Shown here piece after piece: positions 20,813 through 30,720 of a DNA stretch of 64,000 nt (the first letter of the stretch is position 1; every line of letters starts with the position of its first letter). Position numbers and translations under genes: made by a program. The notes under the pieces were generated by a model, which was not told the DNA's origin, searched no databases, and worked only from the letters and a program-made list of their open reading frames with translations. Source of the stretch: an uncultured beta proteobacterium (GTDB lineage: Bacteria > Pseudomonadota > Gammaproteobacteria > Burkholderiales > Burkholderiaceae_C); assembly GCA_963775015.1 (NCBI GenBank), contig CAVZHI010000021.1:38143-102142 (forward strand), in the 5' to 3' direction.

Positions 20813-22369
20813 TCACGCCGCCGCCTTGTCCGCCGGCGAGCCGCCCATGAGGCGCCCCAATTCGGCTTCGTTGCACAACGCGATCGGCAACTCGCCGGTG
20901 ATGCGCCCGTCGCACATCACGAGCACGCGATCCGACAGCGCGAGGATTTCGTCGAGCTCGGAACTCACGACGAGCACCGCGCCACCCGCGTCGCGCATGG
21001 CGCGCAGCCGGCCGTGGATGAACTCGATCGCGCCGATATCGACACCTCGCGTCGGCTGGCCGACGAGCAGCACCTGGGGCTGCGGCAGCGCCTCGCGCGC
21101 GAGCACGAGCTTTTGCTGGTTCCCGCCGGAGAACTTGGCGCAGCGCAGTTCGGCGTTCGGCGGGCGCACGTCGTAGGTCGCGAGCATCGCCTCTGTGTCG
21201 GCGTGCATCGCCGCATCGTTCAGCAGCAGCGCGCCGCGGCCGTAGCGCGTGCGCTCGTGGTAACCGAGGACCGCGGACTCCCACGCAGCGAAGGGCAACA
21301 CCAGGCCACGCCGGTGCCGGTCTTCGGGAACATGCGCGATTCGCAAGGCCCGTGCGCGGTCGGGAGTGAGCCAGCGCTTCGCAGTGAATCGACGTTCGCC
21401 GATCTGCAACTCGCCTTGCTGCGGCGCGAGCAGGCCCGCCAGGGCGTCGAGCAGCTCGCTCTGGCCGTTGCCCGAGACGCCGGCGACGCCGACGATCTCG
21501 CCGGCACGCAGTGCGAGCGACACGTCGCGCAGGCGCAGCACGCCGAACGAATCGCGCCAACTCAAATGGTGCGCTTCGAACAGCGTCGCGCCGGGCGTTG
21601 CATCTTGCGCGCCGGCGCCGCGCCCGGTGTGAACGCGCCTGCCGACCATCGCCAGCGCCAGGTCATCGACGCTCGTGTCGGCGATCGCGCAGTCGAGGAC
21701 GACGGCGCCGCCGCGCATCACCGTCACGGCGTCGCACAGCGCCATGATTTCCTTCAGCTTGTGCGTGATCAGCAGCAGCGTCACTCCCTGCTCGCGCAGG
21801 CGGCGCAGCGTCGCGAAGAGCTGTTCCGTCTCTTGCGGCGTGAGCACGGCGGTGGGTTCGTCCAGGATCAGGATGCGCGCCCCGCGCACCAGCGCCTTGA
21901 GGATCTCCAGGCGCTGCCGTTCTCCCAGCGGCAGATCTTCGACGGCCAAGTCCAGGCGCACATGCAGGCCGGTGTCTTGCATCAGCGCTTCGAGCCGGGC
22001 GCGAAGCTGGGCGCGTGCCGGCGCCAGGCGCCAATCGCCCTCGGCGCCGAGCAGGATGTTGTCGAGCGCGCTGAAGTTCTCGACGAGCATGAAGTGCTGG
22101 TGCACCATGCCGATTCCCAGCGCAATCGCGTCTTTCGAGTTCTGAATCCGCACCGGCGCGCCGTTCACCTCGATGCGGCCGGAATCGGCACGGTAAAAGC
22201 CGTACAGCACGGCCATCAGCGTGCTCTTGCCCGCGCCGTTTTCGCCGACGATGCCATGGATCGTTCCGGCGCCAACCGTCAGATCGACGTCCCGATTCGC
22301 CTGCACCGCACCGAAGCGCTTGTGAATGCCGCGCATCACGACGGCTGGCGCGATGCGGTTTGAAGTCAT
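20813..22369 (-). CDS. Double-domain ABC ATPase (RbsA/nucleoside-importer type)
   Basis: 518 aa. Walker A GENGAGKST, second-domain P-loop-like GVSGNGQSEL, and signature FSGGNQQK. Confidence 0.9.
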   Translation of the reverse strand: MTSNRIAPAVVMRGIHKRFGAVQANRDVDLTVGAGTIHGIVGENGAGKSTLMAVLYGFYRADSGRIEVNGAPVRIQNSKDAIALGIGMVHQHFMLVENFSALDNILLGAEGDWRLAPARAQLRARLEALMQDTGLHVRLDLAVEDLPLGERQRLEILKALVRGARILILDEPTAVLTPQETEQLFATLRRLREQGVTLLLITHKLKEIMALCDAVTVMRGGAVVLDCAIADTSVDDLALAMVGRRVHTGRGAGAQDATPGATLFEAHHLSWRDSFGVLRLRDVSLALRAGEIVGVAGVSGNGQSELLDALAGLLAPQQGELQIGERRFTAKRWLTPDRARALRIAHVPEDRHRRGLVLPFAAWESAVLGYHERTRYGRGALLLNDAAMHADTEAMLATYDVRPPNAELRCAKFSGGNQQKLVLAREALPQPQVLLVGQPTRGVDIGAIEFIHGRLRAMRDAGGAVLVVSSELDEILALSDRVLVMCDGRITGELPIALCNEAELGRLMGGSPADKAAA

Positions 22370-22426
22370 GGGGGATTCGGATCTACGCGCTCGCTATGCG
22401 GCGACACCGATTCGCCGCGACATGCG

Positions 22427-22500
22427 GTCACCCCGGCGAAAGCCGGGGTCCACCGCACCGGGCCGCGCTCCCGGTGGATCCCGGCCTGCGCCGTGGTGGC
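22427..22500. repeat. REP-like pair, degenerate (gtcaccccggcgaaagccggggtccac at 22427-22453; weaker inverted copy 22474-22500)
   Basis: Same architecture as the canonical units with a few substitutions. Confidence 0.7.
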
Positions 22501-22548
22501 GCCCTGCGCGAGTCGTGGCTGGCCCGGTGCATGCCGTGGCACCCGCTC

Positions 22549-23541
22549 TCAGTACTTGCAGGCGTTGTCGGCCATGTAGTCGGCGACCTTGATCTTGCCG
22601 GCAATGATGTCGGCCTTCGCCGCGTCAACCTTGCTCTTCATTTCGGCCGAGACGAGCTTGGCGTTGTGCTGGTCCAGCGCGTAGTCGACGCCGCCTTCCT
22701 TCAGGCCGAGCGCCGTCACGCCGGGAGTGCTCTTCTTCGCGCTGTTGTAGATCGCGTTGTCGACGCGTTTCACCATCGACGTCAGCATCGTCCCGGGCTG
22801 CATGTGGTTCTGGTTGCTGTCGACCCCGATCGCAAGCTTGCCGGCGTCCTTCGCCGCCTGGTAAACGCCGGATCCGGTGCCGCCGGCAGCGGCAAACACG
22901 ACGTCGACGCCGCGCGCGAACTGTGCCTTGGCGAGTTCGCCGCCGCGCGCCGGGTCGCTCCATGCGGCCGGTGTCGTGCCGGTCATGGTCGCGCTGACCT
23001 CGACTTTCGGGTTCGCAAACTTCGCGCCCTGTTCATAGCCGCATTGAAACCTGCGGATCAGCGGGATGTCCATTCCGCCGACAAAGCCGACCTTGCCCGA
23101 CTTGCTCGCCATCGCAGCCATCATGCCCACCAGAAACGAGCCCTCGTGCTCCTTGAAGACGATCGATTCGACATTCGGTTGCTTCACGACCGAATCGATG
23201 ATGACGAAGCTGAGTTTCGGAAACTCCTTCGCGACTTTTTCGATCGACGAGCCCTGCGAGAAGCCCACGCCGATCACCGGGTTCGCGCCGCGCTCGGCCA
23301 TGCGCCGCATCGCCTGCTCGCGCTGCGCTTCGTTGGCGATCTCGAAGTCCATGTAGGCCTTGCCGGTCTCCTTCTTCCAGCGCTCGGCGCCGTTGTACGC
23401 GGCTTCGTTGAACGACTTGTCGAACTTGCCGCCCATGTCGTAGACGATCGCGGGCTGCGCGGACGCATGGCCCAGCACCAGGCCCGCCAGCACGGCGCCC
23501 AGGCCGCGGAGAACGATGATGAGTGCGCGAAGGTTAATCAT
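22549..23541 (-). CDS. BMP-family (Med/PnrA-like) ABC substrate-binding protein, likely purine nucleoside-binding
   Basis: Start at MINLRALIIVLRGLGAVLAGLVLGHASA (23541). IVYDMGGKFDKSFNEAAYNGAERW and GVGFSQGSSIEKVAKEFP are typical BMP-family strings. Confidence 0.9.
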   Translation of the reverse strand: MINLRALIIVLRGLGAVLAGLVLGHASAQPAIVYDMGGKFDKSFNEAAYNGAERWKKETGKAYMDFEIANEAQREQAMRRMAERGANPVIGVGFSQGSSIEKVAKEFPKLSFVIIDSVVKQPNVESIVFKEHEGSFLVGMMAAMASKSGKVGFVGGMDIPLIRRFQCGYEQGAKFANPKVEVSATMTGTTPAAWSDPARGGELAKAQFARGVDVVFAAAGGTGSGVYQAAKDAGKLAIGVDSNQNHMQPGTMLTSMVKRVDNAIYNSAKKSTPGVTALGLKEGGVDYALDQHNAKLVSAEMKSKVDAAKADIIAGKIKVADYMADNACKY

Positions 23542-23642
23542 GGTCGGAGGCCCACGGTTGCTGCGGTGACGGCAGGATAGCAAGACTCGCGCCGCTTGCG
23601 CCCCCGGGGCAGCCCGGGGTTGTTGATCTACGATGGCGCCCC

Positions 23643-24691
23643 ATGCACGACGCCGACCTGGACCTCGTCGACCCGCTGTTTCTGAACCTGCGCGCCATGC
23701 CCAAGGTGGTGCTGCACGATCATCTGGACGGTGGCCTGCGCGTCGCGACGCTGATCGATCTGCTGCGAGGGCGTGGCCTGGCGCTGCCGGCGCAGGACCG
23801 GGCGGGCGTCGAGGCCTGGTTCCAGCGCCGCGCGCACGCCGGGAGTCTGGCTGCCTACCTGGAAGGATTTGCGCTGACGGTGGCCGCGATGGCAACGCCG
23901 CAAGGCCTGGCGCGCGTCGCCTTCGAAGCCGCCGAAGACGCGCGCGCCGACGGCGCCGTGCTCGCCGAGTTCCGCGTTGCGCCGCTGCTCTTCGAGGCGC
24001 ACGGCGTGAGCGGCGACGCCGCCGTCGAGGCGCTTCTCGAAGGCCTGGCAAGCAGCGCCTTGCCGAGCGGTTTGATCGTTTGTTCGATGCGCGAACTGCC
24101 TCCCACCGAAACCGAACGTGCGGTGCGCCTGGCGCTGCGCTGGCACGGCCGTGGCGTGGTCGGCTTCGACCTCGCCGGTGCCGAGCTCGGCCACCCGCCG
24201 AGCGAACACGCGCGCGCGCTCGCGCTGGCGCGCGACGCCGGTCTGCCGATCACGCTGCACGCCGGCGAGGCCGACGCGGCGCACCGCGTTCTCGAGGCGG
24301 TGCAACTGGGTGCGCGGCGCATCGGCCATGGCGTGCACTTGGCGCAGGCGATCGGCGACAGCGAAGGCTCGCACTTGGTTGACGCCGTGAAGGCGAGCGG
24401 GGCGCATCTGGAGGTTTGCCCGACGAGCAACGTGCACACCGGCGCCGCCGCGTCGTTCGCCCGGCACCCGATCAAGGCGCTGTGGCGCGCCGGCGTGAGT
24501 CTGAGTTTTGACACCGACAACCGGTTGATCTCGTGCATCACGCACACGGGTGAGGCGGTGCGCCTGGTGCGTGAAATCGGGCTCACGCCCGTCGAACTCG
24601 GTCAGATGATGGCCTTCGCCGCGCAGCATTCATTCCTGCCGAGCGCTCCACGCGACCACGCGCTCGAGCGGATTCGTGCGTGGACGGCTGA
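23643..24691 (+). CDS. add: Adenosine deaminase; 3' end unresolved because the ORF has no in-frame stop until 26042
   Basis: PKVVLHDHLDGG (metal HxH region), ITLHAGE, and LSFDTDNRL (equivalent to the (S/T)xNTDD motif). Homology-like sequence ends near ...ALERIRAWTAEQ. The end given is the first out-of-frame TGA (24689-24691). Confidence 0.75.
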
Positions 24692-24746
24692 GCAACAGGC
24701 TGAGCGAGCCGCCGGCGTGGCGGATCGCTCAGCCCGTAGATGCGGC

Positions 24747-27082
24747 TCAGAACATCGCCCGGAACTGCAGCCCCACAGTGCGCGGTTCGTTGACGAAGCC
24801 GGTCAGGTTGTCGAAGTCGATCCCGCCGACGATGCGGATCTGGTTCGTGATGTTGCGCCCGAACGCGGCGACCTCGTACTTGCCCTTGTCCCAGAGATAA
24901 CCGATGCGCAAGCCGCCTTCGGTGAGCGCCTTGCCCGTGAATTCCGTGGACTCATAGAGGAAGAAGTTGACCTTGCTGCGGTGGACCCAGTCGGTCACGA
25001 CGTAAAGCTCGCCGCTGGCAATCGGTTGTGTGTACTTGAGGGTGAAGTTCAGCGTCGTCTTGGGCGCTTGCGGCAATGGGTTGCCGTCAATCAAGGCTTT
25101 GCCGTTCGAATCGAGCGGATCGTTGACGGTGCAGTTCGGGCGTGGTGCCCCCGGCTGGCCGAAGACATACTGCGCCGTATTGCAAGGCGAAACCGCCAGA
25201 CCCGGGTCTTTGATCTTGGTGTCGTTGTACCCCATGCCCAGGCTCGCCAGCAGGTTGTCGGTCAGATAAGCCTGCAAGTCCAGCTCGAACCCCCGCCCGG
25301 TGGCCTTCTTCGCGTTCAACAGGATGTTGGCGTTGCCGGTACCGCCGACCGCAGTGAGTTGCAGGTCCTTCACGGTGTAGCTGAAGAAGCCGAAGTTCAC
25401 GCGTGCGCGGCCGTCCAGAAGGTCGGCCTTCACGCCGGCTTCGAACGATGTGTTGTTCTCCGGTTTGGCGATCGATTGATCGTTGAACGCACCGGCGCCC
25501 TGCACGCTGCTGGCGCGGAATCCGGCGGCGGCGCGGGCGTACAGGTTCAGGCCTTTTTGCAGCGTGTAGGTGCCGCTCAAGTCCCAGCTGACCTTGCTGT
25601 CGCTCGTCGACGCGGTCAACGGGCCAAACGAGCCGAGTTGCGTCAGCGTATTGCGCGGGCCTGGAGGATTGGTCGTCGTGGTGCAGTTGAAGGTGGCGCA
25701 GTCGTAGGCCTCGACGTTGAAGTCCTTCTTGTCGTGGGTGTAGCGCAGGCCGCCGCGCACGTTGAACGAAGGCGTCACGTGCGTACGTCAGGGCGCCGAA
25801 AACCGCGTACGCGGTGTTTTTCTGGCGTACTCGCTCATAGGCATCCTGGGCCCCGCCATTGGCCGAGTCGTAATCGAAACTCTCGACCTTGTAGTCTTCC
25901 TGGAACAGGTACACGCCCGCCTGCCAGTTCAGCGGGCCGGAATGCGCCGACTCGACGCGGAATTCCTGCGTCAGCTGCCGGTGCTTGGGCATCCCGTCGG
26001 CGGTTTCGGAAAAGAACGGGATCGAGCCCGCGCCGCCACTGAAGACATAAGGCGGCGAACCGCCGTCGATGTCGCCGCGACTGTACGCGTCGACCGATTC
26101 GTAGCCGGTGATGGAATGCAGCGTCACGTTGCCGAGCCCGAACCGCAGCCGCAGGCTGGCGCCGAGGTTCTTCAACGTCTGCTCGTTCTTGCCGTCGGTT
26201 GAAATCTTGCGCTCGTCGAACCCGGCAACGAAATCGTTCGTCCCCGGCTGGATGATGTTGGCGCGAAACAAGCCGCGCCGAGCCGTCGTAGTCGCGTGCG
26301 TGCAGATTGATCAGGGCGCTGAAGTCCTTGTTCGGTTGCACCAGCCATTGGGCGCGCACGGCGCTGTCGCGGTAGCCCTCGAAGTCTTGCGTCAGCCCGG
26401 CGGGGTTGGTGTTGTGCACCCAGTCGTCGCGCGTCTGGTTCAGCAGCGAAATTCGCAGCGCCGAGTCGTCGCTCGTCGGCACATTGACTGCGCCTTCGGC
26501 GTTGATCGTCTTGAACGTGCCAAACGAGAGGCTGCCGTAACCTTCGAGCGCCTTCCCCGGCCGCACCGATTCGAACTTCACCACGCCCGCCGGCGTGTTG
26601 CGCCCGAACAAGGTGCCTTGCGGACCGCGCAGCACTTCAATGCGGTCCAGATCGAACACCGGGAAACCTTTCAGGATCGGGTTTTCCTGAACCACGTCGT
26701 CATAAACGAGTGACACCGGCTGCGATGCGTTGAGGCGGAAGTCGGTGTTGCCGTAGCCGCGGATGTAGAAGCGCGGGAACGCGCGGCCGAATGACGATTC
26801 GATGTTCAGGCTCGGCACGCGCCCGGAGAGCACGCGAACGTCTTGGCCGCTGGTACCGATCACTTCGAGGATTTCGCTGCCCAGCGTGCTCACCGAATTG
26901 GGGACATCCTGAACGTTTTCGGTGCGGCGCTCGGCCGTCACGTTGACGGGCGCGAGCTTGCCCATTTCGGGGGCCGGCTGCTGCGCCGACGCCGCCCCCC
27001 ATCCGGTCGCGGCGAGCGCCGCGGCAGCGGCAATCCGGTGCGCCGCAAAACGAGTCCGCCGCAGGGTGGTGCTGTGGGTCAT
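24747..27082 (-). pseudogene. TonB-dependent outer-membrane receptor, two frame disruptions (about 26275 and about 25775)
   Basis: Signal peptide and plug (MTHSTTLRRTRFAAHRIAAAAALAATGWGAASA...VPNSVSTLGSEILE...DLDRIEVLRGPQGTLFGRNTPAGVV) lie in ORF 25835..27745. The middle lies in 25087..26271. The C-terminal barrel lies in 24747..25778 and ends in the canonical terminal Phe (...GLQFRAMF). Confidence 0.8.
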
Positions 27083-27196
27083 GGTGATGTCGTCTCCTGT
27101 GTCAACGTTGTTGTTCGCGAAGACCGGCGCTGGCGGGCGCGGACTCGCCAAGTCTTGGTATATCGTGCAAGCGTCGTGCCAAGAACTCAGACGCGC

Positions 27197-28027
27197 ATGT
27201 TGACGGATGCCCAAAAAAACTTCTACCGTGATCAGGGTTTCCTCGTACTCCCTGACTTTCGCTCGCCGGCGGCGGTGCGCCGCCTGATCGCCCGGACCCA
27301 AGAAATCATCGCCGCCTTCGAACCCGCGGGTGCACCCAGCGTCTTTCACACGGGCGGCTCGGCCGACGTGGAGTTCCTCGCCTCGGGCGACAAGATCACC
27401 TGTTTCTTCGAGGAAGAGGCGTTCGGTCCGGACGGAGCGCGGCGCCGACCGCAGGCCGAATCGATCAACAAGATCGGCCACGCGCTGCATGACCTGGACC
27501 CGGTGTTCGACCGCTTCTCGCGCGGCGCCGATTTGGCGGCGCTGGCGGCGGACCTGGGCTTGGCGCAACCGCAACTGCGTCAATCGATGGTCATCTTCAA
27601 GCCGCCGCGAATCGGCGGCGAAGTCGGCTGGCATCAGGACGCGAGTTTTCTGATCACGCAGCCGGCGAGCGTCGTCGGCTTCTGGTTTGCGCTGGACGAC
27701 GCTACGCTCGAAAACGGTTGCCTGTGGGTCGAACCGGGCGGGCATCGCGGTCCCTTGCGCCAGCGCTTCGAGCGCAGCGGCGACAGCGTGCGCATGCAGC
27801 CACTCGACGCCACTCCTTGGCCCAGCGCAGCGAGCGCGGTTCCGCTGGAAGTGCGCTCAGGCTCCCTGGTGTGTTTGCACGGCCAACTGCCTCACTACAG
27901 CGGAGCGAATCGCTCCGAGCGTTCGCGCATCGCCTACACGCTGCACGCGACCGACGCGACTTGTGCCTGGTCGGAGCTGAACTGGCTGCGCCGCGCGGCG
28001 CAGTTGCCGCTGCGCGGATTCAGCTGA
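27197..28027 (+). CDS. Phytanoyl-CoA dioxygenase (PhyH) family Fe(II)/2-oxoglutarate oxygenase
   Basis: Start at MLTDAQKNFYRDQGFLVLPDF. HxD triad context VGWHQDASF. Distal His/Arg context LHGQLPHYSGANRSERSR. Confidence 0.85.
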   Translation: MLTDAQKNFYRDQGFLVLPDFRSPAAVRRLIARTQEIIAAFEPAGAPSVFHTGGSADVEFLASGDKITCFFEEEAFGPDGARRRPQAESINKIGHALHDLDPVFDRFSRGADLAALAADLGLAQPQLRQSMVIFKPPRIGGEVGWHQDASFLITQPASVVGFWFALDDATLENGCLWVEPGGHRGPLRQRFERSGDSVRMQPLDATPWPSAASAVPLEVRSGSLVCLHGQLPHYSGANRSERSRIAYTLHATDATCAWSELNWLRRAAQLPLRGFS

Positions 28028-28217
28028 GGTTGGCTCGGCTCACTCAAACTCTCGCCAGCCGCGGTTTTGTTCTTGCCTGCGCGACAACGCGCACAAGCTG
28101 GCCGGCAAAGCGGGTGCTTCTGGCTCGACCGATCCGAGCGCCGGCGCCGTAGCATGGGCACGCGGTCGCTGGCCTTTTGGGGCAGCGTGCGAGACGACAT
28201 TCAGTCGAGGGCCACCC

Positions 28218-29042
28218 ATGAATCGAAGTGAAACGAGTCACATCGCGCGCATTGCCGAGCTCTACCTCAGCCTCATGGAGCGCGTCCTGCTCGGCGTGAT
28301 CTACGAGGACCCGCCGATCGACCCCTGGTCCGGCGGAGTCTTCGACGCGGGCCTTCGAGCCCAAGGCAGAGACTGGCCTGCCACGGCGCACACGATGATC
28401 GGCTTCGAGCGCTTGCGCAACCTGCGCTCCCTGATGACCGACGTGATCAGCGACGGCATCCCAGGCGACTTCGTCGAGACCGGCGCGTGGCGCGGCGGCG
28501 CGTGCATCTACATGCGTGCGGTGCTGAAGGTCTTCGGCGTCGTCGACCGAAAAGTCTGGGTCGCCGATTCGTTCGAAGGTTTGCCCGTTCCCGATGCCGT
28601 GCGCTACCCGCGGCAGGATCTGGGCGACCAGCACCACACGTTCAAGGCACTGGCGGTCTCCCTCGAAGCCGTGCAGGAGAACTTCAGGAAATACGATCTG
28701 CTCGACGATCAGGTGCGGTTCCTGAAGGGCTGGTTCAAGGACACCTTGCCCGGCGCGCCCATCGAGCGCATCGCGGTGCTGCGCCTGGACGGCGACATGT
28801 ACGCGTCGACCATGGACGCGCTGCTGGCCCTGGCGCACAAGGTGAGCCCGGGCGGCTACATCATCGTCGATGACTTCGGTGCCGTGGAGGGTTGCCGCAA
28901 CGCGATCGCTGACTATCGGAAAGACAGGGGAATCGACGCACCGATCCACAACATCGATGGGATCGGCGCTTTCTGGCGCGTTGCACCGCTCAGCTGCGCT
29001 GGTGTCGGCGTCCAGCCTGAATTGGCGCTTCGCGCCGACTGA
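28218..29042 (+). CDS. TylF/MycF-type SAM-dependent O-methyltransferase
   Basis: 274 aa. GDFVETGAWRGGACIYM (SAM site) and VLRLDGDMYASTMDAL (metal DxD..) match the macrocin O-methyltransferase family pattern. Confidence 0.85.
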   Translation: MNRSETSHIARIAELYLSLMERVLLGVIYEDPPIDPWSGGVFDAGLRAQGRDWPATAHTMIGFERLRNLRSLMTDVISDGIPGDFVETGAWRGGACIYMRAVLKVFGVVDRKVWVADSFEGLPVPDAVRYPRQDLGDQHHTFKALAVSLEAVQENFRKYDLLDDQVRFLKGWFKDTLPGAPIERIAVLRLDGDMYASTMDALLALAHKVSPGGYIIVDDFGAVEGCRNAIADYRKDRGIDAPIHNIDGIGAFWRVAPLSCAGVGVQPELALRAD

Positions 29043-29058
29043 TTCCCAGCCGTCGTGT

Positions 29059-29812
29059 TCAGGCGGTCGCGAGGCGCGCGCGTTTTTGCGTCTGCGCGAT
29101 GTAGTGCTGCAAGTTGCGCAGCGAGCTGCTGTTCGGGTTCACGAACTGGCAGCCGATCTTCATGCCGCCGTTGCCCGATGTTCAGCGATGACACATGCTG
29201 CACGCGCAGGTCGGTCTGGACGCGCACGTTCACTTCCAGGTCGAGCACGACGCCGTGCACCACCGTTCCGGCCTCGACCGGCGGCACGTCTTCGGGCAGG
29301 AACAGCGCGCAGCCACCCACGCTCACGTCGATGATGCGCAGCAGCGCGGGCAACCCCGGGTGCGTGATGCGCGCCGCCGGCGCGTTGCGCACCGGCGGCC
29401 GGACGCGGAAGTTCTCGCGCCGCTGGAAGCGGTAGATCTCGCGCGGCAGGGTGCAGCGCAGGGCCGCCGAGTTCGGCCCCTGCACGAGCACCAGGCCTTG
29501 CACGTCGAACTGGATTTTCACGTCGTCGATCACGCCCACCGCGATCACCTGGGCGCTCTCGAGAACAAGCTCGAGCTTCGGGTCCGCCTTATCACCGTCG
29601 AACGTCATGCTGATCGCCGCGCGCGCCGAGTCGATGACCCAGGGTTTCACGTCCCAGCTGGTGCCGTCGCTCGCGTTCAGGATCAGCGTCACGTTGGCGC
29701 TGCAGATGCGGTTCAGCAGGGCCCGGATCTCGACCGCCGACGTCATGCGAAAGTCGTGCAGTCCGCCATGCGCGGCGGCCAGCGAATCGAGCGACATCGG
29801 CAACGTGTCCAT
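29059..29812 (-). pseudogene. ycgR: YcgR-like flagellar brake protein (YcgR-N + PilZ), one frame disruption near 29172
   Basis: PilZ motifs QRRENFRV and DVSVGGCAL are present. After ...VQHVSSLNIG the frame breaks. Removing one g in atcgGgcaacggc restores GNGGMKIGCQFVNPNSSSLRNLQHYIAQTQKRARLATA-stop (stop at 29059-29061). Confidence 0.7.
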
Positions 29813-29859
29813 CGGGTCGGTGCTCGGGTCGGTGGGTGGGCCAAGCGGGTGGCGAGAGC

Positions 29860-30195
29860 TCAGTGCACGGTGCGATTGCGCCCGGCGAGAAGCCGGTCCA
29901 GGTCGTCGAGCCAGGGCTCGGCGAGCTGGCGAATCTCGGCGTCGTTGATCACGATGCGCTGCATGATGCGCGACTTGAGTTGCGCTTCGTCGGGGGCCAG
30001 CGCCTTCTTCGTCGCGGCGTGCTTGAGGTGCGAGATCAGCAGCGCGCAAGCGCCTTCGAGCTTGACGACGCGGTCCCAATCGCCGTCGCGCGCCGCCTGG
30101 AGCATGTCCTGGCTGGCCTGTTCGATGGCCTCGTAGTAATTCAGCAGCGAAGCGGGGGCGGGGATGTCGAGCGGCATGGCTGCGCTGGGTTTCAT
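29860..30195 (-). CDS. fliT: FliT-like flagellar export chaperone
   Basis: 111 aa, helical (LLNYYEAIEQASQDMLQAARDGDWDRVVKLEGACALLISHL). The ATGA start overlaps the fliS stop. Position after fliD-fliS is canonical. Confidence 0.65.
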   Translation of the reverse strand: MKPSAAMPLDIPAPASLLNYYEAIEQASQDMLQAARDGDWDRVVKLEGACALLISHLKHAATKKALAPDEAQLKSRIMQRIVINDAEIRQLAEPWLDDLDRLLAGRNRTVH

Positions 30196-30632
30196 GGCTG
30201 GGTGCCCGCCGCCCGCGGCTGGAGCTGGGGGCCGATGGCGCGCCAGGCGCTGCGCACCGGTTCGATCAGCCTTGCACACTCGGCCAGCGCCGCGTCGTCG
30301 TTGTTCAGATTGGCGTGCGTCAGGCGCACCGTGATGTACTGGTAAAGGTCGCGCAGGTCCAGCGCCAGGGTGCCGCCGCCTTCGCTGTTCAGCGCGCCGT
30401 GCAGGCCTTCGTCGACGATGCGCAGCGCGCGCGCGATGGCGCGGCTCTTGGTCGGAATGTCGCGCGCCTGGATCGCGCCGCGTGCCTGGGCGATCGAATC
30501 CTGCACGCCGTCGAACAGCATGCACACGAGCTGATGCGGCGATGCACCCGACACGCCGGTTTCGATGCCGACATGCCGGTACGCGCTGGCGATGGCGTCG
30601 GGCTTGTGAGGGCGAGCGTGGGTCGCTTGCAT
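30192..30632 (-). CDS. fliS: Flagellin-specific chaperone FliS
   Basis: 146 aa. SPHQLVCMLFDGVQDSIAQARGAI...KSRAIARALRIVDEGLHGALN...LYQYITVRL matches the FliS four-helix family pattern. Confidence 0.9.
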   Translation of the reverse strand: MQATHARPHKPDAIASAYRHVGIETGVSGASPHQLVCMLFDGVQDSIAQARGAIQARDIPTKSRAIARALRIVDEGLHGALNSEGGGTLALDLRDLYQYITVRLTHANLNNDDAALAECARLIEPVRSAWRAIGPQLQPRAAGTQP

Positions 30633-30720
30633 GGCTGTCGGGGCGCCTGGAGTTGAGTCTGTGCCGTGGATATCGACCTGTGCCGGAGCGACTTGAGGCG
30701 CCCGGCTCCGACAATGCCCG

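Noticed and set aside
20567-22363. 598-aa plus-strand ORF, together with other long shadow ORFs (131..1132, 2762..4051, 7340..8653, 10643..12295, 17100..19124, 55566..57215, 59697..61658)
   Set aside because: Each lies antisense to a gene with strong family motifs and has the Arg/Ala/Gly-biased composition typical of GC-rich shadow frames.
23643-26042. A 799-aa adenosine deaminase with a long C-terminal extension
   Set aside because: The extension is entirely antisense to a TonB-dependent receptor and has shadow-frame composition. A missing stop or indel near 24690-24740 is more parsimonious.
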